This document shows positions 32,532 to 45,518 of a stretch of 49,152 bases of DNA, in pieces. Position 1 is the stretch's first letter. Each line of letters starts with the position of its first letter. The stretch spans positions 1-49,152 of the forward strand of contig NW_024705390.1 of assembly GCF_018977255.1 (NCBI RefSeq). Reading direction: 5' to 3'. The stretch comes from Callorhinchus milii. Its lineage: Eukaryota. The notes under the pieces are model-generated. The model did no database searches. It was not told the DNA's origin and saw nothing but the letters and a program-made list of their open reading frames with translations. Position numbers and translations under genes: made by a program.

Positions 32532-35343
32532 GTGAGTAACAGTGAGGCTGAACACGTACCAATGGACATGAACTCAGTGACATGTGTAATAAATAAACCC
32601 AGTCCCTGCTCTTTGTGAAGAGGAGCAGCGCATAAACATACTTTATATTAATTTTTTATACACTTTTTGTGAACATCTTTTATAAACTTGTGACTTTTAT
32701 ATAAAATGAAGAGAATTGTTGTATTTATATAAATACAAAGAATGTTTCATATACAGTGTATATAACCGATTAGATTTATTTGTAGCATTAAAGGAATGTG
32801 TGTGATGTGTAACACGGCTGTACAGGAAGGTTGTGTCACCTGTAACCAGTCTGTGTAACAGCAGCTCATGTGTGTTCTGCGCTGTGATTCACAGAACATT
32901 TATTCTTTGTGAGTTTCAGCAACAAATCAAAATAAACTGTGACACAAACGGCCAATTAATATTGGAGCCAAATCCATCATTATAAACACATGGACTGTAG
33001 TGTGTGAGCGAGTGTGAGAGTCACTGTGATCACACTCAGACTGTAGTGTGAGCGAGTGTGAGAGTCACTGTGATCACACTCAGACTGTAGTGTGTGAGCG
33101 AGTGTGAAAGTCACTGTGATCACACTCAGACTGTAGTGTGAGCGAGTGTGAGAGTCACTGTGATCACACTCAGACTGTAGTGTGAGCGAGTGTGAGAGTC
33201 ACTGTGATCACACTCAGACTGTAGTGTGTGAGCGAGTGTGAGAGTCACTGTGATCACTCTCAGACTGTAGTGTGTGAGCGAGTGTGAGAGTCACTGTGAT
33301 CACTCTCAGACTGTAGTGTGTGAGCGAGTGTGAGTCACTGTGATCACTCTCAGACTGAAGTGTGTGAGCGAGTGTGAGAGTCACTGTGATCACTCTCAGA
33401 CTGTAGTGTGTGAGCGAGTGTGAGTCACTGTGATCACACTCAGACTGTACCCCCCCCCCGGGGCTGTGCCCCCCCCCCGGAGCTGTGCCCCCCCCCGGAG
33501 CTGTGCCCCCCCCCCGGGGCTGTGCCCCCCCCGTGGGGCTGTACCTGTTGCTCACTGTATAACAAATGGATGATCCGTCCAATCACCGCCACATGTCGGG
33601 GACACAGTCGGGATCTCGGGGCCTTTTTCCCGCCTCTCCAGCTCGGGGGCGGCACGTGATCGGCTCCAACTGCCACTGAGCGCCGAGCGCAGCCTCGAGC
33701 GGGAGCCGTTGGGCAGCAGCAGCGTCACGTGGGTCTGAGTCCAGCCAATCGGGAGCGGGAGTTGGGGAGGAGCACGTGGTCTGAGCGCGGGCGGAAGCCG
33801 TTGGGGGGCGTCACGTGGTCTGAGCGCGGGCGGGAGCCGTTGGGGGGCGTCACGTGGTCTGAGCGCGGGCGGGAGCCGTTGGGGGGCGTCACGTGGTCTG
33901 AGCGCGGGCGGGAGCCGTTGGGGGCGGGAGGGAGAGACCCTTTGCCGAGATGTGGTGTTGGCAGTTAGTCAGTAGGACTGGAACCATGTGAGTGCGGTCC
34001 CACTGAGGAGGGTGAGGGAGGAGAGGCGGTGGAGGAGGATGGAGTGGTCGACGGTGTTGAACGTGGGGGAGAGGTCGAGGAGGGAGTGGGAGCGCTGGTC
34101 ACAGAGAGAGAGAGGACGCCATTTGTTAATTTGACGAGTGTTGTCTCTGTGCTGTCGGCCGTCACCGTGAAAACCAGACTGGAGGGACGGGAGGAGGGAG
34201 CGGAGGGGCTCGAGTGCGGAGTGGAGGGGCTCGAGGAGCGAACGGAGGGGCTCGAGTGGGGAGTGGAGGGGCTCGAGGAGGGAGTGGAGGGGCTCGAGGA
34301 GGGAGTGGAGGGGCTCGAGGAGGGAGTGGAGGGGCTCGAGGAGGGAGTGGAGGGACTCGATTGGGGAGTGGAGGGGCTCAAGGAGGGAGCGGAGGGGCTC
34401 GAGGAGGGAGTGGAGGGGCTCGAGGAGGGAGTGGAGGGGCTCGAGGAGGGAGTGGAGGGTTTCGATTGGGGAGCGGAGTGGCTCGAGGTGGGAGCGGAGT
34501 GGCTCGAGGAGGGAGTGGAGGTGCTCGAGGAGGGAGCGGAGGGGCTCGAGGAGGGAGCGGAGGGGCTCGAGGAGGGAACGGAGGGGCTCGAGGAGGGAGC
34601 GGAAGGGCTCGAGGAGGGAGTGGAGCTGCTCGAGGAGGGAGTGGAGGGACTGGATTGGGGAGTGGAGGTGCTTGAGGAGGGAGTGGAGGAGGGAGTGGAG
34701 GGGCTCGAGTGGGGAGTGGAGGGGCTCGGGTGAAGAGTGGAGGGGCTCGAGTGGGGAGTGGAGGGGCTCGAGGAGGGAGTGGAGGAGCTCGGGTGGAGAG
34801 TGGAGGGGCTCGGGTGAAGAGTGGAGGGGCTCAAGTAGGGAGTGGAGGAGCTCGGGTGGAGAGTGGAGGAGCTCGGGTGGAGAGTGGAGGGGCTCAAGTA
34901 GGGAGTGGAGGAGCTCGGGTGGAGAGTGGAGGGGCTCAAGTAGGGAGTGGAGGAGCTCGGGTGGAGAGTGGAGGAGCTCGGGTGAAGAGTGGAGGGGCTC
35001 AAGTAGGGAGTGGAGGAGCTCGGGTGGAGAGTGGAGGGGCTCGAGGCGGGAGTGGAGGGAGAGGTGTAGCACATGTTCCAGGGCCTTGGCCAGGAAGGGT
35101 GGGTTTGAAATGGGTCTGAAATTCGTGAGAGTGGAGGGATCGCGGGTTGGACTTTTGAGGAGATTCTACTCACTCACTCACTCACTCTGACAGACACACG
35201 ACACGATTGACACAGTCACAATCACATCATATACACTCACACACACACACACACACACCCTCTCTCACACACTCACACCCTCTCTCCCACACACTCACAC
35301 CCTCTCTCTCACACACACACCCCCACGGGGAGGAACCACAGAT

Positions 35344-35410
35344 CACAACCTGTTTCAGAGCCTTTTCCCCGGAGACCTGTTACGAGCGGCTCCCGAGATC
35401 CTCCCATTGG
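35344..35410 (+). promoter_or_regulatory. S-X-Y class I promoter module, copy D
   Basis: Near-identical to the module of copy C. Confidence 0.75.
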
Positions 35411-35546
35411 CGGTGAGTGAGTCAGTGTGAGATCAGTCAGAGAGGGAGTGAGTGAGATCAGAGAGGCCTTAGGGCTGAGGTCCGGTTGGACACCATCAGT
35501 GTGAGGTCCAGTGTTGGGCACATTGCAGTGACCATCCAACAGGACC

Positions 35547-38500
35547 ATGAAGGTCCTTGTGATGGCTCTCGCTGCCCTCCTGCCTGTGTGCAGTGCGCTC
35601 CACAGTAAGTGGCCCCAGACTCTGACTGTCACTGTGTGTTATAGTATATTCTGTGTATTTTGGGGGGTGCGGAGGGGGAGATTGGAGCAGAGATTGCAGC
35701 GGAGTTCCTTTTCTCAGTCTGTCACCATTCACTGACACTGTTCTCTTCCCTTCCGTGTGTACACTGTGAGCTGTGCCCTGTGTGTACACTGTGAGCTGTG
35801 CCCTGTGTGTACACTGTGAGCTGTGCCCTGTGTGTGCACTGTGAGCTGTGCCCTGTGTGTACACTGTGAGCTGTGCCCTGTGTGTACACTGTGCCCTGTG
35901 TGTACACTGTGAGCTGTGCCCTGTGTGTACACTGTGAGCTGTGCCCTGTGTGTACACTGTGAGCTGTGCCCTGTGTGTACACTGTGAGCTGTGCCCTGTG
36001 TGTACACTGTGAGCTGTGCCCTGTGTGTACACTGTGAGCTGTGCCCTGTGTGTATGCTGTGCCCTGTGTGTACGCTGTGCCCTGTGTGTACGCTGTGCCC
36101 TGTGTGTACACTGTGCCCTGTGTGTACGCGGTGCCCTGTGTGTACGCGGTGCCCTGTGTGTACGCGGTGCCCTGTGTGTACCCGGTGCCCTCTGTGTGCA
36201 CTGTGAGCTGTGCCGTGTGTACGCGGTGCCCTGTGTGTACGCGGTGCCCTGTGTGTACGCGCTGCCCTGTGTGTACGCGGTGAGCTGTGTGTACACTGTA
36301 CGCTGTGCCCTGTGTGTACACTGTGCCCGATTTCTCCAACCGAACCCCCTACTACCCTGTTCACACCCTGCGTTCAGCGGGCTCCGGCCTGCTTCACCTG
36401 CCCGCCTCGCTCCCGCGACTATTGGCGGGTGGGCCTTCCCGCCACTCTGCCCCCACCCTCTGGAACTCCATCCCGCAGTCCCTCCGCCTCGCACCCTCCC
36501 TCGAGCCCTCCCTCGCCATCTTCAAGACTCACCTCTGGACCCTCCTCTTTGACCGTGCTTTCAATCTCCTGCTACCCCCCTTGCCCTTCACCCTCCTCCA
36601 CCCCGACCCCCGGCTCGGGTGTGTAACTCTGTCTGTCCAGCGCCTTGGAACATCCTCCCGACATGAAAAGCGCTTTACACATGTAATTTTGTGGTGGTGG
36701 TTGTTGTTATAGTTATTTCTCTGTTACAGCACCGAAGGAGACCATTGGCCATTTGTGCCTGTGCCGGTTTGGGGCTGGGAGGGGAGGGGGGGGCGGTGGG
36801 GGTGCAGGGGCTGAGGGGTGAGTGGCTGAGGGAGTGGGGCTGATGTGGAGGGTTTGACGCGGAGGGGATGAGGGGCACAGATATTGAACCTGGGTTCCTT
36901 TTCTCTGTCTGTGAGATTGCTCTCGTTCCCTCCGTGTGTTCACTGTGAGCTCTGTGCGCTGCTGTTGTATTATTGTCATTCCAGAGATGGACACAATACT
37001 CCAACTGAGCCCCAACCAGTGATTTCTAAAGATTTAGCAAAACTTCTTTGCTTTGTACTCTGTGCCTCTATATATAAAGCCAAGGATCCCATAGGCCTTT
37101 TTAACAGTGTGTCGTGTCGTGTCCTGCCACCTTCAAAGGTTCGAGCACGTGAACCCCCAGGTCTCTCGGTTCCTGCACCCCATTTAAAATGATACCATTT
37201 ATCTCGCAATATCTCTCCTCATTCCTCCTGACAAAGAGACTGACACACAGAGAGACAGACACATACACACACAGACTGAGACAAACAGAGACAGACACAA
37301 AGACAGACATACTGAAAACTGACACCGAAAGGCAGAGAGAGAGAGTGAGAGGATGTGTTGTGTGGATGTGATGGACACTCACTCACACAGAGCCACAAAC
37401 CGCCAAACACAAATCGCAGCGGAAGCTTTTACCCGGAGCCACTTTGCCAACGTTTCAAAAGGGAATTGGAAGGCACTTGAAAAGGAAATCATTGGAAGGC
37501 TTTGGGGAGAGGGAAGGGTTGAATATCAAGACCAGCCGATAGGTGTGTGAGATCAGTGAGTGAGAGAGAGTCAGTGTGTGTGGAGTCGCCGAGTGACAGA
37601 GTCAGTGTGTGAGCAGAGTGTCTGATTGAGCTGTGCCCTGTGTGTACACTATGCCCTGCGTGTGCACCGTGCCCTGCGTGTGCACCGTGCCCTGCGTGTG
37701 CACTGTGCCCTGCGTGCGCACTGTGCCCTGCGTGCGCACTGTGCCCTGCGTGCGCACTGTGCCCTGCGTGTACACACTGAGGTGTGTTTACACTCTGAGA
37801 TTTGCCCTGTGTGTACACTGTCTCCTGTGTGTATACTGTGAGCTGTGCCCTGTGTGTACACTATGAGCTAATTGCGCTCTGCATGCGTACTGTGATGTGC
37901 GTTTGCACTGTGTTTGTGAGTGTATACTGTGAGTTGTGTGTACACTTTGAGCTGTGTGTACACTGTGCCCTGGGTACGCAGTGTCCGATCATCCAAAACT
38001 CTGCAGCTCGTGTACTCTCACCACCAGACTCCGTGACCCCATCACTCCCACCCTCGCCCGACCCCACTGGCTCCCCACCCCCCAGAGGATCGAGTTCAAG
38101 ATCCTCGTCCTCACCTTTAAGGTCACCTTGTTGTTGTCCTGCATGTACACTGTGCCCTGGCTATAAACTGGGCCCTGTGTGTACACTGTGTCCTGCGTGG
38201 ATAATGTGAGCTGTGTGTGCACTGATCTGTGTGCTCTGTGCCCTGTGTGTACACTGTGAGCTGTGCCCTGTGTGTACACTGTGAGCTGTGCCCTGTGTGT
38301 ACACTGTGCCCTGTGTGTACACTGTGTCCTGTGTGTACACTGTGAGCTGTGTGGGCATTTGACAGTTGCGAGCGTGTGCTGTATGTGACAAGTGTGTGTG
38401 AAGCGTGTGAACAGTATGTACTCAGTGACCTGTTACACACGTACAACCAGTGTGTGTGTTTGTGTCTGACAGAGCCTCAGGTGTTGAGATTCTTACAAAC

Positions 38501-41500
38501 ACTGGTGTCAGCGGACGGAGAACTTCCAGAGTACTACTGTGCTGCGATGTTGGATGATGTTGAGATCTATCACTACGACAGCAACAGTGAGAGAATTGTC
38601 AGTCGGATTCCCAGTGTACAGACGGCTGTTAGAGAACAGCGCTTCCCTATACGTGTGGAGGAGGTGAAGACAGATTATATGTGGTTGAAGGAGAAAATGT
38701 TGTATATGATGAAGAGCAGGAATATTATGAGCGGTGAGTGGTTTAATATTCTCAGTGAACATCCAGCACCGTTCACTGTGTGTGAGTGTGTGTGTTGAGA
38801 ACGTGTGTGAGGGAGAGTGAGTGTGTGTGAGTGTCTCTGTGATTATGTGTGTGAGTGTGTGAGACGGTCGGTGATGGACAGACACACTCTGCGCTGACAC
38901 AATGGCTGTCAATGGCTATTTCAGGGGCTCACTATGCCCAGGCGATAACTGGCTGTGAGGTGAGGGAGGACGGCACTACAGACGAACACTTCACAGTCGC
39001 ATTCGATGGTGAAGATTTTCTCAGCTTTGACAAAAACGACCTGAGATGGATTTCTGCTGTTCCCGAGGCTCAGACCCTGAGACAGAAACTGGACAACGAC
39101 AGAGACATGAATCAGGATTGGAAACAGGTCCTGGAGAATGATTGTCCTACTTGGATGGAGGAATACTATCAGTATTCAAAGTCCACCTTCCAGCGACAGA
39201 GTGAGTGTGTGTTGTTACTAATATGGCCTTATTATATGGTTAAGCCTCGCTGTGTCAGGGTGGGCTCAGTGCTGAGCTGTGTGTGACTGTGCTCCCCTCC
39301 CCAGGCCGCCCTGACGTCTCAGTCAGTTACAGGAGGGACGTGGGGGGGAGAGCCCTTCTCTCCTGTCTTGTTACTGGCTTCTATCCGCGGCCCATCGAGG
39401 TGACCTGGACAAGGGACGGCAACACTGTCCACGAGGTGGAGTCCAGCGGTGTATTACCCAACCACGACCACACCTTTCAGACAGTGAAGCAGATGGAGCT
39501 GGAGACGGGCTCCGCGGGGGAGCAGGGCTTCTCCTGTCTGGTGGAGCACAGCAGCCTCCAGGGGGTGTTGGAGGTGCCGTGGGGTAAGATCAACAACAAC
39601 AACTCGGGTTACACAGCAACCTCACACGGGGCAGCGTCTCGAGCACTTAACAGTGGTGGGGCTGACACAGGGGGAGGGGGAGGGGACCGTAAGCACAGTC
39701 AGAGAGGAAGGTCTTCAGGTGTGATGTGAAAATGGGGAAGGAGGGGGCAATGTGGAGGGATTGAGGGAAGGATTTGCAGAGTTTCAGACTGTAGTGGCTG
39801 TCAGACAAGTGTGAGGATCTTGAAGTGGATGGTCTCTCTGATAGGGAGCCAGTGGCGCCTGGTGAGGGCCGGGGTGATGGGGGTGATGGGGTGAGGTGTG
39901 TCGAGCGGGTGGTTATACGGGCGGTGGAGTTCTGGATTAGTTGGGGTCTGTGGATAGTGAGGTTGGGGAGACCAGAGAGGAGGGCATTGGAATAGTCAAG
40001 GTGGGAGGTGACAAACACATGGACAAGGGTTTTGGTTGTGTTGGGTGTGAGGTAAGGTCGGAGGTGGGCAATGTGGAGGAGGTGGAGGAAAGTGGTCCTG
40101 GTCAGGGACCGGATGTGGGGGAGGAAGGACAGCTGAGGGTCGAACCTGACGCTCAGGTTATGTACAGGTTCAGTGAGTCTAAGGCAAAGGGCGGTGAGGT
40201 TGAGGAGGTCAGAGCCACAGGAGACACGATGGGAGCCAAGGAGTATGGCTTCTGTCTTGTTGATGTTCAGCTACGGGAAGTTTACGCTCAACCAGTCCTT
40301 GATGTCTGACAAACAAACTGACAGGACATCAGGGATCTGGAGTCACAGCTGGAGGAGGATTGGGTGTCAACCACATACATAGGTCATCCACACACATAAG
40401 GTCACAGCGGGAAACCGGGAATAACATGAGGTGTCAGTCTGTCTCCGGGAGAACTCTCTGTCTACTCTAAACAGCCGCCCATCGCCCCTTCTCATCCCAT
40501 TCTCCAATATTCTCTCATACTCCTCACCTCTCTCTCTTCCCGTCCTCCAATACTCTGCAGATCTCTCTCTCTCTCTCTCACTTGTTGCTTTCTCTCTTCT
40601 CATCCTCTGACCCTCTCCCTCTCTCAGACTCCGCTCCTCTCTCACTCTCAGGACCTTAATGAAAGTTTGGTTGTTGTTCACTCCGAACAGATGGGAAAAC
40701 AGGGAGAACTCCGGCCGGTTCCACTTCCTGGATCCTGGGCCTCATCATCGGGGCTTTGCTGGTGTCTGGGATTGTGGAGATTCTCGTCTGGAAAAGAAAA
40801 CGAGAGCGAAAAGGTGAATAAATGGGACTGTCGCGGGAGCCGATTATCAGAGAGAATCATAGAATTATACAGCACAGAAGGAGGCCATTCAGCCCATCGT
40901 GTCTGTCTCTTTGAAAAGTGCGATACAAATCAACCCCACTCCCCCGCTCTCCCCCCATAGCCCTGATCAACCCCACTCCCCCGCTCTCCCCCCATAGCCC
41001 TGATCAACCCCACTCCCCCGCTCTCCCCCATAGCCCTGATCAACCCCACTCCCCCGCTCTCCCCCCATAGCCCTGATCAACCCCACTCCCCCGCTCTCCC
41101 CCGATCAACCCCACTCCCCCGCTCTCCCCCCATAGCCCTGATCAACCCCACTCCCCCGCTCTCTCCCCATAGCCCTGATCAACCCCACTCCCCCGCTCTC
41201 CCCCCATAGCCCTGATCAACCCCACTCCCCCGCTCTTCCCCATAGCCCTGATCAACCCCACTCCCCCGCTCTCCCCCATAGCCCTGATCAACCCCACTCC
41301 CCCGCTCTCCCCCCATAGCCCTGATCAACCCCACTCCCCCGCTCTCCCCCATAGCCCTGATCAACCCCACTCCCCCGCTCTCCCCCATAGCCCTGATCAA
41401 CCCCACTCCCCCGCTCTCTCCCATAGCCCTGATCAACCCCACTCCCCCGCTCTCCCCAAGCCCTGATCAACCCCCAGTGGGAATTCTCCTTGTTCCGCCT

Positions 41501-43365
41501 ATCGAATCCCCTCATCATTTTCAAAACTTCTGGAGTCTCCTCTGAACCTTCTCTGCTCCAAGGAGAATAATCCTCACGTCTGTGGCCTCTCCTGATAACT
41601 GAAGCCCTCATTCCTGGTGCCATCGCGGTCAATCTCCTTTGCACACTCTCCAATGCCTTGACATCCTTCCTACAGTGTGGGGCCCAGAACTGAACACAGT
41701 CTGTGTCTGAGGCGTAACCAGTGTTTTATAATAATAATTATCACATCACTGGTCCTGTGGTTCACTGACCCCCACACCCGTCACTGTCTGTCTGTGTTAC
41801 TGGGTGTTGTGTGTGAGAGTGTGAGACCGGCTGTTGTCTCTCTATGTGTGAGACCGGGTTTTATATGTGTGTGTTGTCTCTCTGTGTGTAACTGACTGTT
41901 GTGTGTATGTGTGTGTGTGTGTTTGAGGGCTGAACGAGCATCACTGGGTCTGTGTGTAATTGACGTCTGTTTATTGACAGGACCCGGGACTCACCAGTAC
42001 AGCCGTCCATCCAGTAAGTGAATAACAGTGCGGCTGTACACCGGGTCAGACTACACTCTGCAAGTGGACGTGTGTGACGTGTTCTCTGCTCACCTCACTG
42101 TCAAACCCTACAATGTACAGCAATTTCTGTCTGTCTGACTGACTGTCTGACTGTAATGTACAGGCGTTTCCTGTCTGACTGTGACATACAGGCATTTTCC
42201 CTGTGACTGACTGACTATAACATAGAGATATTGACTGTCTGACTCTGACTCCATCTTTTATCTGTTTCTGGTCACAGGTGAAGAAAGCGGCCAATCATCC
42301 AATGGTCAATTAACAGGTAAGAGCCGGTCAGCGCCACACGGCCTCTCGTGATCCCCAGTCACTAACCCGCTGTGAGGATCAGGACTGGGCTGTGACAGTG
42401 CCACTGGGGGAGTGGGGGAGTGAGTGAGGGAGTGAGGGACTGGGCTGTGACAGGGCCACTGGGGGAGTGGAATCCCCCCCCCCCATCCCCCCCCCCCCGC
42501 GCTCACCGGGGACGTCCTTCCTGAGACCGGGAAGTGATCCCAGTGAAGCTCACAGGGTATTGGCCATCCAGTGCCCACTGGCACCGGGGCCCTGGCACTG
42601 AGCGGGTTACCACTGGCCACTGGGGCAGCCACGCGGCCCACTCGGCTCCTGTTATCCTGCGGCCAAAGCCCTGAGGGGTCGGGCAGTCCTCGCTGGACAA
42701 GCAGCGGGAAGCTGCCAGACAGGGCTCTCAGGGGCAAAGCTGTGGGTTTAGTGGGTTAGACTCCAGCAGTTACCCCAACGCACACTCTGGGTCCCCCCCA
42801 AACCACTCACACTCACACACACACACTCACACACACACACACACACACACTCACACACACACACACACACACTCACACTCACTCACACACACTCGGGGTC
42901 CCCAAGCCTTGGCTCTGGCCAACCCTCTCCAGGATCAGGTAAACACCATGTGTCCTGCACAGAGAGAGAGAGAGAGAGAGCACTCCATCCCAGACACGGG
43001 GAGAGATCCGTGTGGAGGTGACATACACACGTGTGACTCTCAGGCCTGGTTTGGGGACTGTTAAGCACAGTGATGAGTTTGTGTGGGTCAGACACGCGGC
43101 TGATCACGGTGACGTGGGTCAGACACGCGGCTGATCGCGGTGACGTGGGTCAGACACGCGGCTGATCGCGGTGAAGTGGGTCAGACACGCGGCTGATCGC
43201 GGTGATGTGGGTCAGACACGCGGCTGATCGCGGTGACGGGTTTCCATGTGGGTCAGACACCCGGTGTGATGGACAGCACGAGGTCACAGCACATTGCCTG
43301 CAGATGGTGTGAGACTAACCAGGAGTTTGGGTGTATTTTTGTTCTCAGGAACCCGGAGCGAGTGA
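35547..43365 (+). CDS. MHC class I-like heavy chain, copy D. Exons: leader 35547-35604, alpha1 38473-38733, alpha2 38925-39200, alpha3 39305-39583, TM 40691-40813, cyt1 41981-42013, cyt2 42278-42316, probable terminal exon from 43349 (GTRSE*, stop 43363-43365)
   Basis: All exons are open with canonical splice sites. The terminal exon is inferred from the acceptor tttttgttctcag and is the least certain part. Confidence 0.88.
36330..36680 (+). mobile_element. L2 3' fragment in intron 1 of copy D
   Basis: Translates [46 protein letters not shown] and ends in the shared tail cagcgccttggaacatcc...gaaaagcgcttt. Confidence 0.75.
36985..37215 (-). mobile_element. CR1 RT fragment in intron 1 of copy D
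   Basis: The reverse strand gives [14 protein letters not shown]...[16 protein letters not shown]...LEYCVHLW across frameshifts. Confidence 0.8.
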
Positions 43366-43824
43366 GGAACGGAGAATGGAGGAGCGGAGCTGAGGGACTG
43401 AGAGGAGCACAAGCGAAGGCCTGAGGGTCCTGGTGTCTCCTTTGCTCTCAGTCACTGATTCTCTCTGAGCGTCACTGGTATAACAGCAGATTCTGTTCAC
43501 ACTGACGGTGCCTTATCACATCATTGAGACGTCTCAAGTGAAGTGAATTGACTGTATTTGTGGGCGAAACATCACATTTAAAAATTCAAGATTCTCTATT
43601 AATAGTAATATCAATAACACAATGATATAAAAATATAGAGAGTGTATCTCGGGAATTGTAGAAAACTGTTGGAGTACTGAGAGTCTGTGTCTCTGTCCCT
43701 CTCTCTCTGTCTCTCTCTCTGTCTCTGTGTGTGTCTCTCTCTCTGTGTCTCTCTGTCTTCCCGTTCCCCCNTCTGTATCTCTGTCCATCTGTGACACCAG
43801 TTGTCACCAGCAACTGGGGGAGGG

Positions 43825-44045
43825 GGAGAGGGCAACAGCGGAGGGGGAGAGGGCAACAGCGGAGGGGGAGAGGGCAACAGCGGAGGGAGGAGAGGGCAAC
43901 AGCGGAGGGGGAGAGGGCAACAGCGGGAGGGGAGAGGGCAACAGCGGAGGGGGAGAGGGCAACAGCGGAGGGAGGAGAGGGCAACAGCGGAGGGAGGAGA
44001 GGGCAACAGCGGAGGGGGAGAGGGCAACAGCGGAGGGAGGAGAGG
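43825..44045. repeat. 21-bp purine-rich minisatellite (gagggcaacagcggagggg(g)a)
   Basis: Directly visible, about 10 units, in the 3' region of D. Confidence 0.9.
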
Positions 44046-45518
44046 GGAATAGTGGAGGGGGGAGAGGGGAAAGGGGGTAATTGTGGGCTCGTGTGGAGAA
44101 TAAACACGGACACGGATGGGTTGGGCCTCATTCGCTGTTGGATTGTGTTTAATTCTCTGTATGTACGTCAGTCAATACTGTCGTTGTTGGGGTGTGAGTG
44201 TTGGTGTGTAAACACGTGTCATCTCAGGGGTTTCCGTGTGTCGGTGGCTGTGTCTCTGGTTTGTGACACACACGGCTGATCAAAACAAGCGTGTAACGTG
44301 TCACAAGTATGTGTGGGTGTGAATTGGGCTGTGATTCGGGCGATTTATTCTTTGTCAATTTCAAGGAATCAAAATAAACTGAAAATGGTTCATTAATATT
44401 TGAGCAAAATTTGTGATGATATTAATGGGTAAAACAACTCAATGTTTCTCACACTCAGACTGGAGTGTGTGAGTGAGTGTGAGGCTCACAGTGCCCCCCC
44501 CACACCCCCACACTGCCCCCCCCCACACCTGCCCCCCCCCCCCCACACTGCCCCCCCCACAGCCCCCCCCACACTCGTTCAGCCCTCACACACACACACA
44601 CACATACACACAACAGTCAGTTACACACAGAGAGACAACACACACATATATAAAACCCAGTCTCACACATACAGACAACAGCCGGTCTCACACTCTCACA
44701 CACAACACTCAGTAACACAGACAGACAGTGACAGGTGTGGGGGTCAGTGAACCACAGGACCAGTGATGTGATAATTATAGTTATAAAACACTGGTTAGGC
44801 CTCAACCACAGACGGTGTTCGGTTCTGGGCCCCACACTGTAGGGTTAGAGTTAGTTAGAGACTGTGTCCAGTTCTGGGCCCCACACTGTAGGAAGGATGT
44901 CAAGGCATTGGAGAGTGTGCAAAGGAGACTGACCGCGATGGCACCAGGAATGGCACCGGTGACCCGAGGACACCCATTCAAAATAGTTGTTAAAAGAAAC
45001 AGAGTGGAGGGGAGGAGACATTTTATCAGACGCAAGTTGTTGGGATCTGGAATGTGTTGCCTGAAAGGCTGGTGGGAGCTGATCAGGGCTATGGGGAGAG
45101 AGCGGGGGAGTGGGGTTGATCAGGGCTATGGGGAGAGAGCGGTGGAGGGGTTGATCAGGGCTATGGGAACAGTGGGGGAGTGGGGTTGATCATGGCTATG
45201 GGATAGAGCGGGGGTTGGGGTTGATCAGGGCTATGGGGGAGAGCGGGGGAGTGGGGTTGATCAGGGCTGTGGGGGAGAGCGGGGGAGTGGGTTGATCAGG
45301 GCTATGGGAGAGAGCGGGGGAGTGGGGTTGATCAGGGCTATGGGAGAGAGCGGGGAGTGGGGTTGATCAGGGCTATGGGGGAGAGCGGGGGAGTGGGGTT
45401 GATTTGGATCGCACTTTTCAAAGAGACAGACACGATGGGCTGAATGGCCTCCTTCTGTGCTGTATAATTCTATGATTCTCTCTGATAATCGGCTCTCGCG
45501 ACAGTCCCATTTATTCAC

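Noticed and set aside
33965-35190. Long ORFs of 367-402 aa (LEPLHS / PSSSPST repeats)
   Set aside because: They are translations of the 21-bp minisatellite plus an L2 fragment and are open in several frames on both strands.
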